A stretch of 64,000 nucleotides of DNA from Nitrospinales bacterium. Its GTDB lineage: Bacteria > Nitrospinota > Nitrospinia > Nitrospinales > VA-1. Positions 58,048-64,000 of the stretch are shown piece by piece (within the stretch, counting starts at the first letter, position 1; each line of letters starts with the position of its first letter). The DNA is taken from assembly GCA_965263085.1 (NCBI GenBank), contig OZ253582.1, positions 349,848 to 413,847 on the forward strand, read 5' to 3'. The position numbers and the translations under genes were made by a program. The notes under the pieces were generated by a model that searched no databases, was not told where the DNA came from, and saw only the letters and a list, made by a program, of their open reading frames with translations.

Positions 58048-58584
58048 ATGAATTCAACTCTTCTAAGCGCAAAAGACATTTCCCATGCGGTCAGTCGCAT
58101 ATCTCACGAAATTCTTGAACGCAACCATGGTGCAGGAAATATAGCCCTAGTGGGAATTCGAACTCGTGGTGTTGTCATGTCTCAGAGATTGAAAGAAAAA
58201 ATAAAAGAAATAGAGAACGTCACGGTAGACCATGGGATTCTGGACATCACGCTTTATAGAGATGATCTGGCAGAAGGAACTCAAAAACCGGAATTGAAAA
58301 AAACTGACATTTCTTTTGCACTGGAAGGCAAGCATATTGTTCTCTGCGATGATGTTTTATTTACCGGAAGAACCATTCGCGCAGCCATTGATGCCCTCAT
58401 GGATTTCGGACGCCCCGCTTCCGTCCAATTAGCGGTGTTGATAGATCGAGGCCATCGGGAATTACCGATCAGGCCGGATTATGTAGGCAAAAATATTCCC
58501 ACAGCCAAATCCAAGCGCGTTCAGGTTCTATTTAAAGAGGAAGACGGTGAGGACAAGGTGATTATTCAGGAGCAGTCCAACTGA
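58048..58584 (+). CDS. pyrR: bifunctional pyr operon regulator/uracil phosphoribosyltransferase
   Basis: 178-aa ORF with the PRTase motif IVLCDDVLFTGRT. It occupies the leader position of the pyr operon. Confidence 0.9.
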   Translation: MNSTLLSAKDISHAVSRISHEILERNHGAGNIALVGIRTRGVVMSQRLKEKIKEIENVTVDHGILDITLYRDDLAEGTQKPELKKTDISFALEGKHIVLCDDVLFTGRTIRAAIDALMDFGRPASVQLAVLIDRGHRELPIRPDYVGKNIPTAKSKRVQVLFKEEDGEDKVIIQEQSN

Positions 58585-59519
58585 TGCTTCTTTCGACTAA
58601 AAATATATTGAGCACGAAGGAATTAACGAAACAGGATATCCAGCAAATTCTGGATACTGCCGAGTCCTTTAAAGAAATTTCTACCCGAGCCATTAAAAAG
58701 GTTCCCACCCTTCGAGGGAAAACCATCATCAATCTGTTTTTTGAGCCCAGCACTCGAACCAGAACTTCATTCGAGATTGCAGGAAAACGTTTGAGTGCAG
58801 ATGTGATAAATATATCTGGTTCGACGAGCAGTACTGTGAAAGGAGAGAACTTGATTGACACAGCCCGGAATCTGGAAGCAATGAATCCGGATATACTGGT
58901 AGTTCGGCATCAGTGTTCAGGTGCTCCTGCACTGCTGTCGCAATTTGTAAATAGCCGGATTATTAACGCCGGGGATGGGTCGCATGAACATCCTAGTCAG
59001 GCATTGCTGGACCTTTTGACAATCCGCTCTCATAAGGGAAGTTTAGAGGGGCTCAAAGTTATGATTGTTGGCGACATCAATCATAGCCGGGTGGCCCGCT
59101 CTAATATTAAGGCCATGCAAACGATGGGCATGAAAGTCCGCGTTGTTGGCCCTCCTCCGCTTATTCCTGTTGATCTGGAACGCTTGGGCGTAGAGGTGAG
59201 CTACAATCTTTCTGAAGCCATTAAGTATGTAGATGTGGTCATGGTTCTTCGTATTCAGTTGGAGCGGCAAAACCAAGGACTCATTTCAAGCCTGCGGGAA
59301 TACTCAAACTATTTTTGCCTGACTTCAGAAATTCTAGCTAAAGCGCAAGATGATATTCTCATAATTCATCCTGGGCCAGTCAATAGAGGGGTTGAAATTG
59401 CCATGGATGTGATGGAAGGGCCTCGCTCTCTAATATTGAATCAGGTTACCAATGGGATCGCTATCAGGATGGCGCTTTTTTATTTATTACTGGGGGAGAA
59501 TAATGCAAACCCTAATTAA
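58584..59519 (+). CDS. pyrB: aspartate carbamoyltransferase catalytic subunit
   Basis: 311-aa ORF with EPSTRTRTSFE, HEHPSQALLD and HPGPVNRG. Its start overlaps the pyrR stop (TGATG). Confidence 0.95.
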   Translation: MLLSTKNILSTKELTKQDIQQILDTAESFKEISTRAIKKVPTLRGKTIINLFFEPSTRTRTSFEIAGKRLSADVINISGSTSSTVKGENLIDTARNLEAMNPDILVVRHQCSGAPALLSQFVNSRIINAGDGSHEHPSQALLDLLTIRSHKGSLEGLKVMIVGDINHSRVARSNIKAMQTMGMKVRVVGPPPLIPVDLERLGVEVSYNLSEAIKYVDVVMVLRIQLERQNQGLISSLREYSNYFCLTSEILAKAQDDILIIHPGPVNRGVEIAMDVMEGPRSLILNQVTNGIAIRMALFYLLLGENNANPN

Positions 59520-60798
59520 AAATGGCCAAGTTATTGACCCTGCAAACCAGATCGATGGTCTCTTCGATATTCTAATCAACAATAGAAAAATTGAAGCCGT
59601 TGAGCCTCAAGGTAAAGTTTCTGCAAGTAAAATAAAAGAGGCCCAGATCATAGACGCAAAGGATTGTGTGATTGCTCCCGGCTTCTGTGATATGCATGTA
59701 CATTTCAGGGAACCTGGTCATGAATATAAAGAGACAATTGAAACTGGCAGTGCCTCGGCAGCAGCCGGAGGGTTTTCCACAGTAGTGGTTATGCCCAATA
59801 CGTCACCTGTCAACGATAACCGCTCAGTTACCGAACTAATCCTCTCCCAGGCAAAAAAAACTGGCATAGTCAATGTTCTTCCTATTGGAGCAATCACCAA
59901 GGGCTTGAAAGGTGAAATCTTGTCGGATATGGGCGAGCTAAAGGAATCCGGATGCATTGGTTATTCTGATGATGGGAAGCCCGTCATGGATAGCGAACTT
60001 ATGCGGAGGGCATTAGAATACAGTCGAATGTTTGACCTGCCTTGCATACAACACAGCGAGATTCTGGATTTGACGCGGGGGGGTTGCATGAATGAGGGCA
60101 TTGTCTCTACAGAACTGGGATTAAAAGGAATGCCGGTTGAAGCAGAAGACATCATGGTGTTTCGCGATATTTCCTTACTTCCAAAAACAGGCGGACGGCT
60201 TCATGTGGCACACATAAGTAGTGGTGGGGCTGTCGAATTGGTTCGCCAAGCCAAGGCTAAAGGTCTCCCTGTCACTTGCGAAGTTGCTCCGCATCATTTC
60301 ACTCTTACGGAAGAGGCCTGCCGCAATTATGACACCAACGCAAAAATGAGCCCTCCCCTGAGAACTGATCGAGATATAGAACTGATTAAGGAAGGTCTGA
60401 GGGATGGGACAATAGATATCATCGCTACAGATCACGCTCCCCATGATCTCGCCGACAAGCAGGTGGAGTTTAGCAACGCTTGTTTTGGAATCGTTGGCTT
60501 GGAAACGGCCCTTCCCCTGACTCTTAAACTAGTCGATGAAAACATCATCACGTTGCAAAAAGCGGTGGACCTCCTCACCCAACAGCCTTGCCGCATCTTC
60601 AATTTAGATAAAGGAACTCTAGGAGTTGGAAAAGATGCAGACATTGTTATTTTTAATCCTAGTACCAAGTACATCATAGATCCTGCAAATTTTAAGTCTC
60701 GCAGTAAAAATTCCCCTTACAAAGGTTGGAAGGTAAGAGGTGAAATCCTTCACACCTTGGTGGCTGGAAAAATAGTATATTCTGCCCACAATAAATAA
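59503..60798 (+). CDS. pyrC: dihydroorotase
   Basis: The track ORF starts at 59452. The family N-terminus begins at ATG 59503 (MQTLIKNGQVIDP). Metal motif DMHVHFREPG. Confidence 0.9.
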   Translation: MQTLIKNGQVIDPANQIDGLFDILINNRKIEAVEPQGKVSASKIKEAQIIDAKDCVIAPGFCDMHVHFREPGHEYKETIETGSASAAAGGFSTVVVMPNTSPVNDNRSVTELILSQAKKTGIVNVLPIGAITKGLKGEILSDMGELKESGCIGYSDDGKPVMDSELMRRALEYSRMFDLPCIQHSEILDLTRGGCMNEGIVSTELGLKGMPVEAEDIMVFRDISLLPKTGGRLHVAHISSGGAVELVRQAKAKGLPVTCEVAPHHFTLTEEACRNYDTNAKMSPPLRTDRDIELIKEGLRDGTIDIIATDHAPHDLADKQVEFSNACFGIVGLETALPLTLKLVDENIITLQKAVDLLTQQPCRIFNLDKGTLGVGKDADIVIFNPSTKYIIDPANFKSRSKNSPYKGWKVRGEILHTLVAGKIVYSAHNK

Positions 60799-60820
60799 AC
60801 ATAGATCGAATTACTGAAAA

Positions 60821-61948
60821 ATGAAGACAGCATTTTTAGCTCTAGCCGATGGAAAAGTCTTTGAAGGCAACCATTTTGGAGCTGAAGGCGAAGTTGACGC
60901 AGAAATTGTGTTCAATACCAGCATATCAGGTTATCAGGAGGTGCTCACCGACCCTTCCTATTACGGTCAAATGGTGCTGATGACCTATCCGCTTATTGGT
61001 AACTATGGCATCAACCCTCAAGATTTTGAGTCAGACCGCCCTCACCTTTCCGGCTTCATCATCAAAGAGTTGAGTGGTATCGCCAGTAATTGGAGATCAA
61101 GAGAATCACTGGAAGATTTTTTAAAAAAATTCGGGATCATCGGTATTCAGGGGATTGATACGCGCGCCTTAACCCGGCGTATTCGCGAAAAAGGAGTTCA
61201 ACAAGCTGTATTGTCGACGGTGCCCCAAGATCCGAAAAAACTGGTCCGTAAAGCACAAAACTCGCCAGGACTGGTGGGCAAGGACCTAGTGAAAGAAGTA
61301 ACTTGTCAGGCCGCCTATGATTGGGAAGAAGGAGAATGGGAAATTCTGAACGGCAAAACCTCAATCAAGCCTGCGGTCGATAAAAAGCACTTCGTCGTTG
61401 CCTATGACTTCGGAATAAAGAGAAATATACTGAGAAAGCTTGCTGATGCCGGCTGCCGTGTGCGTGTTGTTCCCGCATCCACTACGGCTGAAGAAGTACT
61501 GGCTTTAAACCCGGACGGCGTATTTCTGTCCAATGGGCCAGGTGATCCCGAAGGTGTACCTTATGCAATTAATAATATCAAATTTCTCTTGGGTAAGATT
61601 CCGATTTTTGGTATTTGTCTGGGACACCAAATCCTGAACCTAGCTTTAAATGGAAAAACGTTTAAGCTTCGGTTTGGGCATCATGGAGGAAATCAGCCCA
61701 TAATGAATATCTCTTCGGCAAAAGTAGAGATCACTGCCCAGAATCACGGGTTTGCCGTGGCTCAAGAATCTATTGGGTCTTCCATAGATGTGACGTCTAT
61801 CAATTTAAATGATCGAACGATTGAAGGTATCTGCCATAAAGAGTGGCCTGTTTTTTCCGTTCAGTATCATCCTGAAGCCTCGCCGGGGCCACATGATTCT
61901 GTCCATCTTTTTCAGCAATTCACACAACTCATGAAAGCAGGGGTTTAA
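60821..61948 (+). CDS. carA: carbamoyl-phosphate synthase small (glutaminase) subunit
   Basis: 375-aa ORF with the catalytic motif GICLGHQ and [16 protein letters not shown]. Confidence 0.95.
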   Translation: MKTAFLALADGKVFEGNHFGAEGEVDAEIVFNTSISGYQEVLTDPSYYGQMVLMTYPLIGNYGINPQDFESDRPHLSGFIIKELSGIASNWRSRESLEDFLKKFGIIGIQGIDTRALTRRIREKGVQQAVLSTVPQDPKKLVRKAQNSPGLVGKDLVKEVTCQAAYDWEEGEWEILNGKTSIKPAVDKKHFVVAYDFGIKRNILRKLADAGCRVRVVPASTTAEEVLALNPDGVFLSNGPGDPEGVPYAINNIKFLLGKIPIFGICLGHQILNLALNGKTFKLRFGHHGGNQPIMNISSAKVEITAQNHGFAVAQESIGSSIDVTSINLNDRTIEGICHKEWPVFSVQYHPEASPGPHDSVHLFQQFTQLMKAGV

Positions 61949-62821
61949 TGCTCAAGGAAAATTTAGAGCAACTCTTCGAATTTATTGCCAAGCATATCCC
62001 TTCTGAGGAAATCATACAGGCAAAAATAGAATACCAGAAGACGGCTGGGGAAGTCTATGAGGATAACAAGTCTTATAATATACGGATGGCTCTGTTTTTG
62101 GAGTGGTACCTGCTGGATAATTATGTGCCAAGAACTCAAAAGACCATCCTGGAAAATATAGTTGAGAAAAACCAATCAACATGGATTCAAGACCATCTGG
62201 ATGTCTGCAAAGATATTTCCAACAATATTCAGGCGCTTTTCGAGGTTAAAAAAGTTCACAACAACTTGGTAACGGTTTTAGATCTATTTAGAGGCGAAAA
62301 ACATCAGATTAATGAGAAAAATTTAAAACTGGTGTTCAGAAAAAAGATATTTTTCAAAGCTGCATTATCCTTCATCAAGGCAAGTGGTATTCCACAGGAT
62401 ACTTCTGCTTTCATCCAGGTAAAAGCCACTGGCACATAAAAGATGAAGTTAAAAAATTCTTTTTGCTCCTGAAATCACGGAGAAAAGAACTTGCGCCCTT
62501 GAAAAAGAATTATTAAAGAAGTAAAAAGCCTCTTTAAAAAATTCCAAATGTATTGAAAAAAAGAAGATAAATATCAAGCGCAGAGATTTTGACGCAAAAA
62601 GAGAAAGATTAATAAAAGAACTTTTGGTTCTGGAGGAGAACTGTAGAGAAATAGACATCAACACCCAGGAAATAGAAAAGAAAATTTACCATTTGAAAAT
62701 TGAAACAATAAAACTTGAAGAGAGACTGTTAATTTCAGAATTGATCAATCGATTGGCTTATATGAATTTAAAATGGGAGTGCTCCCGGCAAATAGCAATT
62801 TCTGATATTTATAAAAACTGA
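61948..62821 (+). pseudogene. ORF of unknown function between carA and carB, broken by about three frame changes
   Basis: Its ATG overlaps the carA TAA (TAATG) and its final TGA overlaps the carB ATG (TGATG). Open-frame segments are 61948-62439 (frame 1), 62316-62516 (frame 0), about 62512-62556 (frame 1) and 62525-62821 (frame 2). The first switch coincides with A6 at 62340-62345. Confidence 0.5.
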
Positions 62822-64000
62822 TGCCCAAACGAACTGATATAAAAAAAATTCTTCTCATTGGGGCTGGCCCAATTGTCATCGGTCAGGCTTGCGAATTCGA
62901 CTATTCAGGGACTCAGGCCTGCAAGTCGCTAAAGGAAGAAGGTTACGAAATCATTCTGGTAAATAGTAATCCTGCCACCATTATGACTGACCCTGAGTTT
63001 GCAGATCACACCTATATCGAACCGGTTACTCCAGAGGTAGTCGAAAAAATTATTGCGCGTCACAGGCCAGATGCTTTACTTCCAACAATGGGCGGCCAAA
63101 CTGCCTTGAATATCACTTTGGCTCTCGCCGAAAATGGAGTTCTGGAAAAATACGATGTTGAATTGATTGGTGCTAATATTGGCGCCATCAACAAAGCCGA
63201 GGATAGAAGTCTTTTTAAAGAAGCGATGTTTCGCATCGGACATAAAGTTCCACCTAGCAGGCATGCCGAATCGTTGGAGGAAGCCTGGAAAATTGTTGAA
63301 GACACAGGTTTCCCTGCAATCATTCGTCCATCTTTTACATTGGGGGGAACTGGAGGAAGTATCGCCTATTCTAAGGATGATTTTGGGTCACTAGTGGAAT
63401 TTGCGCTTAAAGCAAGCCCTGTCACGCAAGTGTTGATCGAAAAATCTCTGATTGGCTGGAAAGAGTATGAATTGGAAGTGATGCGAGACTTAAATGATAA
63501 TGTGGTCATAATTTGTTCAATAGAAAACCTGGATCCTATGGGCGTCCATACCGGAGACAGCATAACAGTGGCGCCCGCTCAGACCCTTACAGACAAAGAG
63601 TATCAGATAATGCGGAACGCGGCTATAGACATTATCCGTGAAATTGGTGTGGAGACTGGTGGTTCCAATATCCAGTTTGCCATTGATCCCAGAACTGGAG
63701 AAATGATAGTCGTCGAGATGAACCCGAGAGTATCCAGAAGTTCGGCTTTGGCATCCAAGGCGACTGGTTTCCCCATCGCAAAATTGGCGGCAAAATTAGC
63801 GGTGGGCTATTCTCTGGATGAAATTAAGAATGATATCACGCGGGTCACTCCAGCTTCTTTTGAGCCAACCTTGGATTATTGTGTAGTTAAAATTCCACGT
63901 TTCACATTTGAGAAATTTTTCAAAACTGAACCAATTTTATCGACACAAATGAAATCCGTCGGCGAGGTCATGTCTATTGGCCGTACTTTCAAGGAAGCCT
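62821..64000 (+). CDS. carB: carbamoyl-phosphate synthase large subunit (N-terminal ~393 codons; continues beyond the window)
   Basis: Absent from the track because there is no stop in the window. My translation reads [62 protein letters not shown]... Confidence 0.95.
   Translation, partial: MPKRTDIKKILLIGAGPIVIGQACEFDYSGTQACKSLKEEGYEIILVNSNPATIMTDPEFADHTYIEPVTPEVVEKIIARHRPDALLPTMGGQTALNITLALAENGVLEKYDVELIGANIGAINKAEDRSLFKEAMFRIGHKVPPSRHAESLEEAWKIVEDTGFPAIIRPSFTLGGTGGSIAYSKDDFGSLVEFALKASPVTQVLIEKSLIGWKEYELEVMRDLNDNVVIICSIENLDPMGVHTGDSITVAPAQTLTDKEYQIMRNAAIDIIREIGVETGGSNIQFAIDPRTGEMIVVEMNPRVSRSSALASKATGFPIAKLAAKLAVGYSLDEIKNDITRVTPASFEPTLDYCVVKIPRFTFEKFFKTEPILSTQMKSVGEVMSIGRTFKEA

Overview
This 64-kb window comes from a low-GC diderm bacterium; flank lines I counted by hand are about 37-43% GC. 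Every family assignment below rests on motif recognition by eye, because no database or HMM search was possible.

The backbone is ordinary housekeeping:
- a partial mitochondrial-type aconitase
- rpiB-glyA-nrdR
- a ccsA-like gene followed by hemA and hemC
- a Glu/Leu/Phe/Val-family dehydrogenase
- nadC
- a split transketolase
- a TolC/MacA/MacB-type efflux operon
- pabB-pabC
- bioF-esterase-bioC
- a pyrR-pyrB-pyrC-carA-(decayed ORF)-carB operon with a recognisable PyrR attenuator

There are two tRNAs (CAU anticodon and Gly-CCC). Eukaryote-like repeat proteins are scattered through the window: two RNI-type LRR proteins, two intact and two decayed Sel1 genes, and two DUF1566-like paralogs.

The outstanding feature is a GC-rich single-gene island of about 17.2 kb at roughly 19.18-36.39 kb (55-65% GC in hand-counted lines). 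It is bracketed by diverged direct copies of the nadC promoter and 5' end, and those copies share a perfect 22-bp core. The island encodes one giant classical (type Va) autotransporter of about 5,700 codons if contiguous. The protein has a Sec signal peptide, about 59-60 tandem 86-92-aa He_PIG/cadherin-like Ig modules, and a C-terminal beta-barrel ending in Phe. The modules are organised in higher-order repeats, including three identical 321-nt stretches at exact 1050-nt spacing.

The reading frame is broken in a 1.15-kb zone of scrambled repeats (26.3-27.5 kb). This zone looks more like repeat collapse in the assembly than natural decay.

A G10 tract sits exactly at the left island junction, 34 nt upstream of the adhesin ATG. 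Its length would switch an upstream nadC-derived ORF between three states relative to that ATG: in-frame fusion, ATGA-coupled termination, or early termination.

I saw no CRISPR array, rRNA, integrase or transposase.
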